Source: a virus (lineage: Duplodnaviria > Heunggongvirae > Uroviricota > Caudoviricetes). Taken from it: a stretch of 64,000 nt of DNA. A program made the translations under genes and the position numbers. This document shows positions 9,424 to 20,600 of this stretch, one piece after another. The stretch is from positions 17,625 through 81,624 of the IMG/VR virus record IMGVR_UViG_3300031566_000011. One strand, given 5' to 3'. A model generated the notes under the pieces. It was not told the DNA's origin. It saw only the letters and a program-made list of their open reading frames with translations, and ran no database searches. Every line of letters starts with the position of its first letter. The first letter of the stretch is position 1.

Positions 9424-10740
9424 ATGCCAAATTTAATGCGTAATTTAATATATGATTTACAAACTGCATCATTTAATCGTGTCGAGTTTGCCTTTTCTAC
9501 AATTGAAGAAAAAGGTGGGATGGAAAGGATTATACATTCATTCGTAAATAGCACAAATATTGTTACACAAGATGTTGGCTTAGTTCCTATGGAAATTAAA
9601 ATGAAAATTAATTTTACATATAAAATAAATGGGAGTGGATCTGAAATTTCATATGAACAAAGAAGAGATCAACTGGTTAATGAATTATTAAAAGAAGGAT
9701 CAGGACTGCTAAATCATCCTATATATGGATTATTACCAGCTGTATGTTTACCATATAACCTAAATAATAATATATCAAATATAAATAATCCTGATTTTGA
9801 AGTTACCTTTATAATAATAACTCCCCAAGAAGACTATTTATCTATACCAAAGTATGAGCAGTATAGCAATGAATCTCAAAAACAAAATTTTGCAGAAAAA
9901 TTTGAAGAAAAATATAAAATTAGTAAATTTAAAAAAAATATAGATGTTGCTAAAAGCAAGGTTAATAATGTTTTAAATAACGTAGAAGATTTTACACGTG
10001 GTGTTACAAAAATTAAAAACAACATCAATGAATTTAATAATGATATAAATAATTTTAAAAGCAAAATTGATGCTATTATTGTAACTCCTGCATTATTAGT
10101 TAATAGCTTAACAACTACATTTGATAATATAAAAGATATAGTTGAAAATCCTTTAGATGCTTTTAATGTATATAATAATTTATCTAAAACTTTTTATATT
10201 GTAGATATTGATAAAGAAGTTGAAAATGGAGAAATAAATGTAAGCTTAAACCAAAAATATGCAATAAACAATGAAGAAGCATTGGAACGTATTAATAATG
10301 ATATAGCTTTAAGTGATTTAATAGATGTTTATTGTTTTAATGCAGGACTAGAATCTTTATTGGAATATTCATTTGAAAGTATAGATGAAATTATTGATAT
10401 TAAAAATAAAATAAATGAAAAATTTAATGCTTATTTTTCAAGAACAAATGATACAAGCAAACAAGAATATGGATATACTTATGATAATACATTAGATCCA
10501 AGTATTATTCAATTATTACAAGACTTGTCTATATTTTTTAATAAATATTTCGATATATTATTATTAAATTCAGTAAATATAATAGAAATAGAAGTCCAAA
10601 ACATGAATCTTTATAGTCTTGTTTATTCATTATATGGTAATTTAAATTATAAAGATTTAATTTTAAAGCTAAATCAAAATAATATATCTAATCCTAGATT
10701 CATGGCTGGGACATTTAAGGTTATAAAAGAGTTAGAATAA
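9424..10740 (+). CDS. baseplate-associated protein (Mu gp43 DNA-circulation-like by position/size)
   Basis: 438 aa directly after the tape measure. Assignment by synteny with Mu/phiCD119-like myophages only. Confidence 0.25.
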   Translation: MPNLMRNLIYDLQTASFNRVEFAFSTIEEKGGMERIIHSFVNSTNIVTQDVGLVPMEIKMKINFTYKINGSGSEISYEQRRDQLVNELLKEGSGLLNHPIYGLLPAVCLPYNLNNNISNINNPDFEVTFIIITPQEDYLSIPKYEQYSNESQKQNFAEKFEEKYKISKFKKNIDVAKSKVNNVLNNVEDFTRGVTKIKNNINEFNNDINNFKSKIDAIIVTPALLVNSLTTTFDNIKDIVENPLDAFNVYNNLSKTFYIVDIDKEVENGEINVSLNQKYAINNEEALERINNDIALSDLIDVYCFNAGLESLLEYSFESIDEIIDIKNKINEKFNAYFSRTNDTSKQEYGYTYDNTLDPSIIQLLQDLSIFFNKYFDILLLNSVNIIEIEVQNMNLYSLVYSLYGNLNYKDLILKLNQNNISNPRFMAGTFKVIKELE

Positions 10741-12011
10741 TGTTAAATTTAGTTATAAATAATGGGAAAATTTTAGAATATAAAAGTTTATCAGTAGTAA
10801 AAAGTATTGATAATATTTGTGGTGGATTTGAGGTTATTTTAGATAGTAAAAAACAAATTGGAGCATCATTATGGGAAAGCTCAGGTTGTGCAATCAATAT
10901 AGACGGAATACCAATTTTAGCAGGGTTCATTGACCAATTTATAGGGAAAACAAGTAGAAAGGATGAGGATATTGTATTAAGGGGAAGAGATAAAACTTCA
11001 TTTGTTGTTGACTCTGATTTATCTGTTAAAAATACAACAGCTACTGGAAAAGATAACAAAGTTTACTTGGTTAGTTTTCTTAAAGAAATGTTAAAAAATA
11101 ATGATCTTGATTTTATTGATGTTATAAATAATACATTCCCACAAGAAAACTTAAGTATGAGCAAAGATAGTATAACTGCTGATATTGGGGATAATATTTT
11201 TAATATAATACAAAAGTATTGTTACTTCAATAAGGTTGTTTGCACGTCTGATTTTAATGGTAATATTTCACTAGAAAGAGCTGGAAGATTTAAAACACAA
11301 ACATCATTATTATTATTAGATAAATTAAATAGTAGTAATAATATAATAAATTCTGATGTAAATTTTGATTTAACAAAAAGATATGGTAAATATATAGTAA
11401 TGTGTGAGGGAAGTAGTGGGCTTGATAGCATAATTGATGATGTGAGTAGTGGTGAGCTAGGATGGGAATCAATATCAGGTAAAAATACTTATACAAATGG
11501 ATTTGCTATAGATAAAGAGATTAGCTTAAACAAAAAAAAAGTAATCTTATTAAACAAAGAAGCAACGCCAGAAGAATGTACAGCTATGGCAGTATGGGAA
11601 ATGAATTTAGCTAAAAAACGATCGTTTAGCTATAACTGCGTATTGGCTGGATATAAAGACAATAAAGGGTATCCTTGGCGTCCAAACACATTAGTTGCTG
11701 TTAATGATACTAAATATGGAATAAGTGGTCAAATGTTGATTACAAGCGTAAGATTCATATCTAGTAGAGAAACTGGATATACTACAGAGTTAAGCCTTAC
11801 ATATCCAGAGTCATTTTCTCTTTTATTAAAACCAGAAAAGAAAAAAAGTGGCAAAGGTGATTCTGAGTTTTTTTTAGTTGCAGAAGATAAGGTTTTCTAT
11901 AATGATGGAGATATTCCAGTAAGAAAATATAAAGAAGAGTATTGGGAAGCAACCGTTGGAAAAAGCAATAAAGAGACTATTGCCAAAAGAAACTCAGGAA
12001 GTATAGTTTAA
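10740..12011 (+). CDS. baseplate hub protein (P2 gpD / Mu gpP-like)
   Basis: 423 aa. Position and size match late control D / baseplate hub. ATG overlaps the previous stop. Confidence 0.35.
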   Translation: MLNLVINNGKILEYKSLSVVKSIDNICGGFEVILDSKKQIGASLWESSGCAINIDGIPILAGFIDQFIGKTSRKDEDIVLRGRDKTSFVVDSDLSVKNTTATGKDNKVYLVSFLKEMLKNNDLDFIDVINNTFPQENLSMSKDSITADIGDNIFNIIQKYCYFNKVVCTSDFNGNISLERAGRFKTQTSLLLLDKLNSSNNIINSDVNFDLTKRYGKYIVMCEGSSGLDSIIDDVSSGELGWESISGKNTYTNGFAIDKEISLNKKKVILLNKEATPEECTAMAVWEMNLAKKRSFSYNCVLAGYKDNKGYPWRPNTLVAVNDTKYGISGQMLITSVRFISSRETGYTTELSLTYPESFSLLLKPEKKKSGKGDSEFFLVAEDKVFYNDGDIPVRKYKEEYWEATVGKSNKETIAKRNSGSIV

Positions 12012-12529
12012 TGCTCGAAAATATGATACAGACAATTCGTAAACAAATTACAAAACTTATCTTCATTGTTAGATATGGGAAAATAAATAATGAAAAAGAA
12101 TGTTGGGGAACATATTTATATAATGAAAAAATAGTTAAATATATTACTCCTTATGGATTTTTTTGTAAACCAGAAAATAATGGGGTTGGTATAGGTTTTC
12201 ATGTTAATTCAAATAATGACAAACCTGTAAGTATACCACTAAATATACAATTATTTATGGATATAAAAAGTGGCGAAGTTGCAGTTGGAATCCCAAAGTT
12301 TAATTCTAGATTACATTTCAAGGCAGATGGTAGTATCAATATAGAATCAGACAAAGTAATTAATATTGTAGGTTCAAGTGTCAATATTGGTGGGGAGGGT
12401 GGTGATCCAATAGCCAGAAAAAATGATGCGATAATTGGTCAAGTAACTGTCCCAGCAGGGGCTGGTGGAACATATCCTATAATAAATGGTAAAATAAATA
12501 CAGGAAGTGCTAAAAATAATTGCACATAA
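12011..12529 (+). CDS. baseplate spike (gpV-like)
   Basis: 172 aa with Gly-rich C-terminal segment (…GGEGGDPIARKNDAIIGQVTVPAGAGGTYPI…). Position after the hub. Confidence 0.35.
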   Translation: MLENMIQTIRKQITKLIFIVRYGKINNEKECWGTYLYNEKIVKYITPYGFFCKPENNGVGIGFHVNSNNDKPVSIPLNIQLFMDIKSGEVAVGIPKFNSRLHFKADGSINIESDKVINIVGSSVNIGGEGGDPIARKNDAIIGQVTVPAGAGGTYPIINGKINTGSAKNNCT

Positions 12530-12986
12530 AGGATTTTACATGGAAGAATTTCAAGATATTTATTTAGAAGTAACAGAAGATGGATATTATGATATTGTTA
12601 TAGAAAATGGCGATATTAAACTAGATAGTAGTTTAGATAGCACGGTAATAACAAAAATTGGTACTGATAGTAGGGTGAGTGAAAAAATCATGTCTAATCC
12701 AATGAGTAGAGGTGGATGGATAGGTAATTTATATTTTGATAATACAAATAATGAGTTTACCAGCCAAACATGGGTCGCAATGTTAAAAAGAGATGTAAAA
12801 TCTGAGTTAATTAAAAGTGTAAAAAATTCACTAAATTCTTTAACTATCGATGGATCAATTAAAAATGTAGATATTAATATTATAAATAAAGGGAATGGCG
12901 AATATGAATGCTATGCTTCATATTATATTAACAATATCCCAACAAATAAATCGTTTATAATATGGAGTGAAACAAGATGGCAATAA
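12507..12986 (+). CDS. baseplate wedge protein (gpW/gp25-like)
   Basis: 159 aa. Position between spike and J-like gene. Confidence 0.3.
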   Translation: MLKIIAHKGFYMEEFQDIYLEVTEDGYYDIVIENGDIKLDSSLDSTVITKIGTDSRVSEKIMSNPMSRGGWIGNLYFDNTNNEFTSQTWVAMLKRDVKSELIKSVKNSLNSLTIDGSIKNVDINIINKGNGEYECYASYYINNIPTNKSFIIWSETRWQ

Positions 12987-14299
12987 TTTTCCCTAACAAT
13001 AAACAAGAGATAGACAAATTAAGAGCTAATTTTAAAAATCAATTATCAACAATTAATCCATATAAAGAAGGAACATTTTTAGATGCTATAATTAAATCAT
13101 TAGCTCTTAATTTTAGTTTAACTTATGAATATTTTAAAAATAATATATTTAATAATATTTTACCTTTTAATCCGAAAGGCGAATGGGCTGAATACTGGGC
13201 GGATATATGGGGATTAGATAGAATACAAGCATTAAAATCTTCTGGATATATCAACTTTACTGGTGAAAAAGATATAAATATTCCCATAGGAACAAACGTG
13301 ATAGATAATGATGATAATTTATATACAACATTAGAAGATGCAACTATTGCACAACAATTCATCAACATAACATCATTAACACAAATTGGTGGCGTGGCTA
13401 CAGCTGTTACTTCAAGTGATCATAATTTATCTACTGGAATGGTTGTTACAATAGCATATGTAAATGAATATGAATATATAGGTATAAAAACTATCACAGT
13501 TACTAAAAGTGATGAATTTACTTATAATGTTATATCTACTGCCACAACTCCTGCAACTATACAACCTACATATGCAAGTATACAGTTATATTTAAATGTA
13601 TCAAGAATTGCGGCTGAATCTGTTGAAGTTGGAATAGATAAGAATTTAGTAGCATTTACAAAATTAACATTATTTCCTACAATTTTAGATGTTGCCGAAA
13701 ATGCTTATGTTGATGGAGGTGGTTTTTCTGGTGGTAGAGATTTAGAGACTGATGATGAGCTAAACTTAAGAACAAATCAAATTTGGGGTAAGCCGATTCC
13801 TGCTTTTAGCGAAGGATATATAAATAATATTATCCAAAATGAATTTGGTGCTAGTCGTGTTTGGACACAACCAGTTACTCCGAGTGTAGGACATTTTACT
13901 ACATATTTTATTTATACATATAATGATAATAAATTTTTGCCAACATCTAATGATCTAGTTGAATCAAAAGATTTACTAATATCAAAAAAGCCTGCAATAT
14001 TACCAAGTGTAAATATACATGTAGCAGCTCCAACACCTATTGATGTTGATTATACTTTTACAAGTTTAACACCAAATACTCCAGAAATGCAAAAAGCCAT
14101 AACTGATAATTTAAAAAAGTTTCATTATGATTATGTTAATGTAGGTGAAAATATCACACGAAAAGCGTATGAAGTGGCTATACAGAATACTTTAGATGTT
14201 AATGGTCAAAGCATTACTGAATTTACATTATCTTTACCTTCTGGTGATATAACTATAAATGATGATGAAATTGGAAAGCTAGGAACTATAACTTTTTAA
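12977..14299 (+). CDS. baseplate J-like protein
   Basis: 440 aa. Order V-W-J typical of P2/Mu-like baseplates. Confidence 0.35.
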   Translation: MAIIFPNNKQEIDKLRANFKNQLSTINPYKEGTFLDAIIKSLALNFSLTYEYFKNNIFNNILPFNPKGEWAEYWADIWGLDRIQALKSSGYINFTGEKDINIPIGTNVIDNDDNLYTTLEDATIAQQFINITSLTQIGGVATAVTSSDHNLSTGMVVTIAYVNEYEYIGIKTITVTKSDEFTYNVISTATTPATIQPTYASIQLYLNVSRIAAESVEVGIDKNLVAFTKLTLFPTILDVAENAYVDGGGFSGGRDLETDDELNLRTNQIWGKPIPAFSEGYINNIIQNEFGASRVWTQPVTPSVGHFTTYFIYTYNDNKFLPTSNDLVESKDLLISKKPAILPSVNIHVAAPTPIDVDYTFTSLTPNTPEMQKAITDNLKKFHYDYVNVGENITRKAYEVAIQNTLDVNGQSITEFTLSLPSGDITINDDEIGKLGTITF

Positions 14300-14315
14300 A
14301 AAAAAAGGAATTTTA

Positions 14316-15809
14316 ATGCAAGAATTAGAAACTAGAAGGATAGATAAATATACTTATTATGGAGGAATTAACACAGGAAGTTCTTCTTCACAGATTGTTT
14401 ATAATGAAAAATTAAATAGAATATATATCCCTAATTCAAGTCTAAAGAGAATAGATGTTTGGAATAAAGATGGTGTTTTTTTATTTCATTTTGGTTCTTT
14501 TACAGGTTCATCTTTATATTGTGATAAAGATGATAATGGAAATATTTATATTACTGATTCATATTTTTCTTCTCCTGACTATTATCATTACATTAGAGTT
14601 TATGATGAAGATGGAAATCATATTGCAGATTGGGGTGGTATAGAAGGTAGTGGTGATTCTAAGTTTTGGGGTTTTCAAGGATTATCAGTATATGAAAATA
14701 ATTTATATGTTATGTGCTACCAAACTGCTGTTTCTATAAGTGCATTACAAATAAAAGTTTATGATTTAAGTTTTGTTTTTAATAGAAAGTTTAATTTAAC
14801 TTATTCAGGTGGTAGTGGTTTTGGTTTACAAAATTTAGCGATATATAATGATTATTTTTATTCGGTTGATAGATTCGCATATAAGGTTTACAAAATTGAT
14901 AGCTTAGGTGTGGAAGTAAAAAATATTGGTTCTATGGGTGATGGAATTGCGGAGTTTAATTTTCCAAATACGTTAAAATTTGATAGCAAAAACAGGTTAT
15001 TTGTTACTGATTTAAATAATGAACGTTTGCAAATATTTGATGAAAACTTAAATTATTTAGACCAAATAAGCGAAACAAGTTTAAATGTGAATTTTCAATT
15101 AAAAGTTCCAAGAGCATTTAATATGTTTATAGATCAAGATGATAGTTTATATGTTATGCGAGATGCTTCTGCGGTTGGCGAACCAGATCTTAATATATTT
15201 TTATATTCTTTTGAATATAATATAAATGATTATATTTCAAGTTTAGCAAGTTTATTCCCTAACGGATTTGCTTGGATACAAAAAAAAATAATAAATTCTA
15301 GTTTTTATAAATTATTAAAAGCTATTTCTTTTTCATTTTTTGATTTAGATAAAAATATTACAAATATTTTAAATGAAATAGATATTAGTAAAACTGAAAT
15401 ATTTTTAACAGATTGGGAGAAAAAACTTCAACTTCCTAGTGAATATATAGATATCGCAGATACAAAGGCACAAAGAAGACAAAATATTTTAGCTATATTG
15501 AGAAGTCATATTGTATATACAGAACAAGACTGGATAGATATTGCTAAAATATTAGGTTTTGATATTATTGTAAATGATTTATATGAAATTTCTTCATTTC
15601 CATGGACGTTCCCTTTTATATTTGGTGGTACAGATGAAGAAAACGCATTTACGATTGTTGTTACATTTCTGAATATTGGAGAAAGTAATTTGGGTGCTTT
15701 TCCATGGACATTCCCACATACATTTTATGATGATACAACTAAATATGTAAGAGGTATTTTTGATATGATAAAGCCTGCTTATATAAACATTCTTTATAGA
15801 TACGAATAA
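14316..15809 (+). CDS. baseplate/tail-fibre-associated protein (gpI-like position) with NHL/beta-propeller-like repeats
   Basis: 497 aa. Repeated YxxD/beta-strand segments in the N-terminal half. Confidence 0.3.
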   Translation: MQELETRRIDKYTYYGGINTGSSSSQIVYNEKLNRIYIPNSSLKRIDVWNKDGVFLFHFGSFTGSSLYCDKDDNGNIYITDSYFSSPDYYHYIRVYDEDGNHIADWGGIEGSGDSKFWGFQGLSVYENNLYVMCYQTAVSISALQIKVYDLSFVFNRKFNLTYSGGSGFGLQNLAIYNDYFYSVDRFAYKVYKIDSLGVEVKNIGSMGDGIAEFNFPNTLKFDSKNRLFVTDLNNERLQIFDENLNYLDQISETSLNVNFQLKVPRAFNMFIDQDDSLYVMRDASAVGEPDLNIFLYSFEYNINDYISSLASLFPNGFAWIQKKIINSSFYKLLKAISFSFFDLDKNITNILNEIDISKTEIFLTDWEKKLQLPSEYIDIADTKAQRRQNILAILRSHIVYTEQDWIDIAKILGFDIIVNDLYEISSFPWTFPFIFGGTDEENAFTIVVTFLNIGESNLGAFPWTFPHTFYDDTTKYVRGIFDMIKPAYINILYRYE

Positions 15810-15835
15810 AGATTTAAATAAATATTGGAGGAAAA

Positions 15836-17290
15836 ATGAAACAAATAGCGACAATGGCAGTAGGAAGTGTATTACCTGCTAATCCAGAGTTTAATGGATT
15901 CGTTAGCGAAACACAAAATGCAATAATTTCTGGCGGTATTTCGCTTGACGAATCAGACGTAACACAACTAGGAAAATCAATGGCTAACTATGTTGGTAAT
16001 GCTGATTATTATGCTTGCACTGGAACTGCGAATACTTATACATTAAGTAGAATTGGACCATTCAAGAACTCTACTACTTATTTTACTGGTATGAAGATAA
16101 GATTTAGACCAAACATAAATAATACAGGGGCATCAACTGTTAATGTTGTAGGAATAGGTATTAAAAATTTAAAGAAAACAGATGGAATTACTGATTTTGT
16201 AAATGGTGAAATATCTACTTTATATGATTATGAATTTGTATATGATGGCACAAGTTTTAGTTTAAAAAGTAATGGATTCTTAGAAGGAAATTTTGTTTCT
16301 CCTGATTTGTTCAAAACTAATTTATTTGATAATGGTGGTATGCAAATTTATCAAAGAGCATCTCCACATACATTAGTAAAAGATGTATATGGATTTGGTG
16401 TTGATAGATGGGCTGGAATGGTAACTGGAACAGCTGTAAATGCTGGAACATTGAGGCAAGCTACTGCATCAACATTAAACAATAGTGGCTATTCTGCTCT
16501 ATTTCAAGATGTAACTTTAACAGGAACGGGAGTAGTATATTTTAGACAAAGAAGAGCTAGTCAAACAGCAGTAATGCTAAAAAATCAAAATGTATCTATA
16601 CAATTTAATGTTTATCACGATGTTGGTTCACCTGTTAATTATACTATATATGTTCGTAAAGCGAATGCTTTAAATAATTTCACAACTACAACAAATATTG
16701 CAAATAGTGGAGCAATTTCTATTAATACTGCTACAGATACTAAGATAGAGTATAAAAATGTGGCATTAGGAGATTGTTCTAATGGACTAGAAATAGAAGT
16801 TAAGATTGAATGTGGAGCGATAACTACAAAGAATTTTGAATTTGCAAACGCAAAATTAGAAATAGGGACAAGTGCTAGTAATTTTATAAACAAAGATTAT
16901 AATGAAGAATTGTTAAATTGCAAATTTTATTATAAAGAATTAGTAATTGGTATGGGAGGAACTCCTATTGATGGATCTGCTGGTGGATATGGATATGGAA
17001 CAACACTTGTAGAAGATATAGCTATAAATATGGCAAAAGCTCCTATTGTCGTTGATGGATTATCAGGTTCAGTTGGAACTGCTACTGTTTATTTGAGTGG
17101 AGGAACTCCTCCAATAACAACTCTTATCTTGCCACATAATGCTGGTGGAAATGATATTGCAAACATAACCGTGGATACAACAATAAGTTATATAACTATT
17201 TCTTATTACTTAGGTGATGCATACAGAACATCAGCAATTGTTTATGGTATGAGATTTAATGGATTAGTTAAATTAAATTCAGAATTATAA
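15836..17290 (+). CDS. tail fibre protein
   Basis: 484 aa. Gly/Thr/Asn-rich beta composition. Position after the baseplate genes. Confidence 0.35.
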   Translation: MKQIATMAVGSVLPANPEFNGFVSETQNAIISGGISLDESDVTQLGKSMANYVGNADYYACTGTANTYTLSRIGPFKNSTTYFTGMKIRFRPNINNTGASTVNVVGIGIKNLKKTDGITDFVNGEISTLYDYEFVYDGTSFSLKSNGFLEGNFVSPDLFKTNLFDNGGMQIYQRASPHTLVKDVYGFGVDRWAGMVTGTAVNAGTLRQATASTLNNSGYSALFQDVTLTGTGVVYFRQRRASQTAVMLKNQNVSIQFNVYHDVGSPVNYTIYVRKANALNNFTTTTNIANSGAISINTATDTKIEYKNVALGDCSNGLEIEVKIECGAITTKNFEFANAKLEIGTSASNFINKDYNEELLNCKFYYKELVIGMGGTPIDGSAGGYGYGTTLVEDIAINMAKAPIVVDGLSGSVGTATVYLSGGTPPITTLILPHNAGGNDIANITVDTTISYITISYYLGDAYRTSAIVYGMRFNGLVKLNSEL

Positions 17291-17306
17291 TAAAAAGGAG
17301 TAAAAA

Positions 17307-17801
17307 ATGATTTATTTATATAATTACGATAAATATACTTTAAAATATATAAGGACAATTGAACTTGAACAAATGCCAGATAATTATGAATTTTGCACGT
17401 TGACATCCCCTATGTTTCCTGATCCATATTTACCTAATGAGGTTTCTTTTTTGTATAGACCAGCGACGGATGATTGGGAGAATATCCCAGCTCCACCTCC
17501 TCCAAATCCTACAGTAGAATTGGAAAGATTAAAACCTTTTAAAAAACAAGAAATTTATTGTAGTATGATTGATATTATGAATGCATCTTATGGTGAACAT
17601 TTTTCTTTAGCTGTGGTTTTGATTTTATATGAAGCATCACACCTATTTATGGATAATACAAGATATACTTCTTCTGATAAAGCAATAATGATATCTTTTT
17701 TAGATAGCACGGTTGATAAATATAAATTATTTTGTGCAGAAATTGACGCTTTAACTACATTAGAAGAATTACAAAATTATACTTATGATTTTAATTCTTA
17801 A
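17307..17801 (+). CDS. hypothetical protein (possible tail-fibre assembly/chaperone)
   Basis: 164 aa immediately after the fibre gene. Confidence 0.2.
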   Translation: MIYLYNYDKYTLKYIRTIELEQMPDNYEFCTLTSPMFPDPYLPNEVSFLYRPATDDWENIPAPPPPNPTVELERLKPFKKQEIYCSMIDIMNASYGEHFSLAVVLILYEASHLFMDNTRYTSSDKAIMISFLDSTVDKYKLFCAEIDALTTLEELQNYTYDFNS

Positions 17802-17873
17802 ATAAATAAATTATTAAGCATTTGACGATAGCAAGCAATTTAAACGATTTAAAATAATTATAGGAGTAAATGT

Positions 17874-18224
17874 ATGTCAAACAGAACAACAACAACCATA
17901 GTATTGAATAATGTAACCACAGAGTATATTATAAAGTTAGATAGCAGCCAAAGAAGCACTAAAGAGCTGATGATATATAATGGTTCAAATTTTGATGGTG
18001 TAGTATTGAAATTAGGAAGAAGGATGAAATCGTTAATGGAAGATGGTGTAACTCCACTAGCATTTACAGATGTGGTTGCTGCTGGAACAGAAACACCTCA
18101 AGAATGGACTGTTTCGGGGGCTGGATATTTGATTAGTGAATTATATAGAAGTGGAGAATTAAAACTTTATCTTTCAGGAGCACCGACCGCTAGCACAGAT
18201 GTAATAATAGGATTATCTTATTAA
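17874..18224 (+). CDS. hypothetical protein
   Basis: 116-aa ORF with RBS (TATAGGAGTAAAT). Confidence 0.25.
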   Translation: MSNRTTTTIVLNNVTTEYIIKLDSSQRSTKELMIYNGSNFDGVVLKLGRRMKSLMEDGVTPLAFTDVVAAGTETPQEWTVSGAGYLISELYRSGELKLYLSGAPTASTDVIIGLSY

Positions 18225-18430
18225 TATAAAAAGGATTAACAAATGATAGTAAAAATTTTAAGCGGGTATGTGAGTCAGTATAGTTCACAATGGATGATGT
18301 CTTTCAGCACAATGCTACCACCAATTATCACTCAATGGATTTTAGCTTTCGGTTTTTGGAATGATGGGGGGAAATGGGTAGATAGTCAATCTTGGAATGA
18401 TTAGCATAAATACAACAAGGGAGAAATAAA

Positions 18431-18940
18431 ATGCCAAGGAATCAAACTGGTATATCTAATGGGGAATCTGGTTTAAGTGTAAGAAACAAACTGAATTCTA
18501 CTAATAATTATATATCCACCTATATATATGGGGAAAATGACTATTGTTATTATAATGGAAATTTTTATACTTCATTACAAGATAATAACATAGGACATCC
18601 ATTAAACGATGCTGCTTGGTGGTATTATAATGTAGATAATAAAATATCAACAACATTTGGGATAGAAACAAAAATACTAGATAGTTTTGATAAGGCAATA
18701 GGAGATGGTGTTTTTTATGAATATAAAATTAAGGATATTAGTGGTAATGTTAGAGCAGGTAATATTACATTAGCTTGGGACGTTGGGGTTGGAAGTATAC
18801 AACCAAATCATGTATCTGCACAGGTAGGAGACACAAGTGCTGCTGTATTTCAGTATGAGATAGTTGGTAATGATGTTATATTAAGAGTAGTTTCATCATC
18901 TGCAAATTGGACATTTACTGCTTTAAGGAGGATTGTGTAA
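18431..18940 (+). CDS. hypothetical protein
   Basis: 169-aa ORF with RBS (AAGGGAGAAATAAA). Confidence 0.25.
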   Translation: MPRNQTGISNGESGLSVRNKLNSTNNYISTYIYGENDYCYYNGNFYTSLQDNNIGHPLNDAAWWYYNVDNKISTTFGIETKILDSFDKAIGDGVFYEYKIKDISGNVRAGNITLAWDVGVGSIQPNHVSAQVGDTSAAVFQYEIVGNDVILRVVSSSANWTFTALRRIV

Positions 18941-20586
18941 TGAAAAAAATATTATTATTGAGTTTAATATTTTTATGTTTTATTGTTACTTTAAATGCAG
19001 GACAAGATTGGGAAGATAAAGAATTTTTAGGAACAACTACTTTTCAAAAACAAATGACTGTAAATGGAGATATAGTTTCATCTGGAACGATTACTGGTAC
19101 AACTATTCTTGGAGATGGTTCAGGTCTTACTGGTGTGATTCATACAGAGATAGATCCAAAAGTTGGTGCGAATACATTAAATTACCTCTCCAGATGGAAT
19201 GGTAGTGCTTTGATTGCAAGTGGACTCATTGAGGTCGGTGGAAATTTTGGAATAGGGTTATCAAATCCTACAGGATCAAAACTTTTCGTGCAGGGGAACA
19301 GGATTGCTTTAAGGAATACATCTGCAGGGGGTCTTGTATCATACAGAGTTGAGAATCCTGGAACTAGTGGAATTACAGGAATACAGTTCGTGAAAGAAAC
19401 TGATTATGATTATCAAGTTCTTGGTAGAAGTGCAGACTTTAGAATCAGAGATGTGTTCTATTCTAAGGATATTGTAACAATTGAAAAAAATTCATTTGCG
19501 AATATGTTATACATAAATTCAGCTGGTAATCTAGGTATAGGAACAACCACTCCTAGTTCTAAGTTACATGTTTTGGGGGACATAAAAGCAGAATATGGAG
19601 TAATTGCAACTACTGGGACTTTTTCAGATACTATAATTGCAACTGGCACGCTTTACAGCGGTTCAGATTTAGACATTTCTGGTGCAGGCACAAGGCTAAT
19701 TTGGTATCCAAAAAAAGCTGCATTTAGGGCTGGTAGAGTTAGTGATGACAGATGGGATGAGGTAAATATTGGGACAGACACTATCTCAATGGGTTATAAT
19801 TCAAAAGCAACAGGTGAATATGCAGTTGCCCTTGGAATGTATGCATATGCAACTGGTAGAAAATCTCTTGCTTTTGAAGAAGCTACTGCAAGTGGAATTT
19901 CTTCTATTGCGATAGGTGATGAATGTGAGGCTAGCGGAAGTCGTGCAATTACTTTTGGCGGATCAGATAACACCGCAAGTGGAATCCAAAGTATGACAAT
20001 TAATGGAACAAATAACGACGCGAGTGGAATTAGTGCTACAATTATTAACGCAGAAAATAGTATAGCAGAAGCTAATTATTCAACTATTTTCGGTAAATAT
20101 ATGTATCTGACCGATACTTCTACAAATACTTTTGTTTATGGTTTTGCATCTAGCACCCAAGCAATAACATCTCCAAATTCTTTTTTACTATTTCCATATG
20201 GTGAAACGGGGAAAGTTGGAATAGGATTAAAAGACCCTGGTGCAACATTACATCTAAATGGCACATATGCCGACACTGCTTCTGCAACACAAATATTATA
20301 TTCAACAGACACAATATCAGTAGATAGTAGCTATGTAAATGTTGTCTCTACTGGCGGAGCGGTTGCGGTTGTAGGAATATCTACCACAACAGTCGTGGGC
20401 GGTCAAATAATTGAAATTTGGGGCACTAATGACACAGACACAATCCAAATAGACAGCTCCGCAACAGTCGCTTTAAATTCTGGGGTTTCGTATGTTCTTA
20501 AAAAAGGATACAACATTTCTTTTCGGTATATTGAATCGATCGGAAAATGGTGCGAAAGAAGCAACAGGAATGACAATGTTATTTAA
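18907..20586 (+). CDS. fibre/receptor-binding-like protein with N-terminal signal-like hydrophobic segment
   Basis: 559 aa. N-terminus MKKILLLSLIFLCFIVTLNAGQ. Gly/Thr/Ser-rich repetitive beta composition. Confidence 0.3.
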   Translation: MDIYCFKEDCVMKKILLLSLIFLCFIVTLNAGQDWEDKEFLGTTTFQKQMTVNGDIVSSGTITGTTILGDGSGLTGVIHTEIDPKVGANTLNYLSRWNGSALIASGLIEVGGNFGIGLSNPTGSKLFVQGNRIALRNTSAGGLVSYRVENPGTSGITGIQFVKETDYDYQVLGRSADFRIRDVFYSKDIVTIEKNSFANMLYINSAGNLGIGTTTPSSKLHVLGDIKAEYGVIATTGTFSDTIIATGTLYSGSDLDISGAGTRLIWYPKKAAFRAGRVSDDRWDEVNIGTDTISMGYNSKATGEYAVALGMYAYATGRKSLAFEEATASGISSIAIGDECEASGSRAITFGGSDNTASGIQSMTINGTNNDASGISATIINAENSIAEANYSTIFGKYMYLTDTSTNTFVYGFASSTQAITSPNSFLLFPYGETGKVGIGLKDPGATLHLNGTYADTASATQILYSTDTISVDSSYVNVVSTGGAVAVVGISTTTVVGGQIIEIWGTNDTDTIQIDSSATVALNSGVSYVLKKGYNISFRYIESIGKWCERSNRNDNVI

Positions 20587-20600
20587 GGAGGCAATTTAAA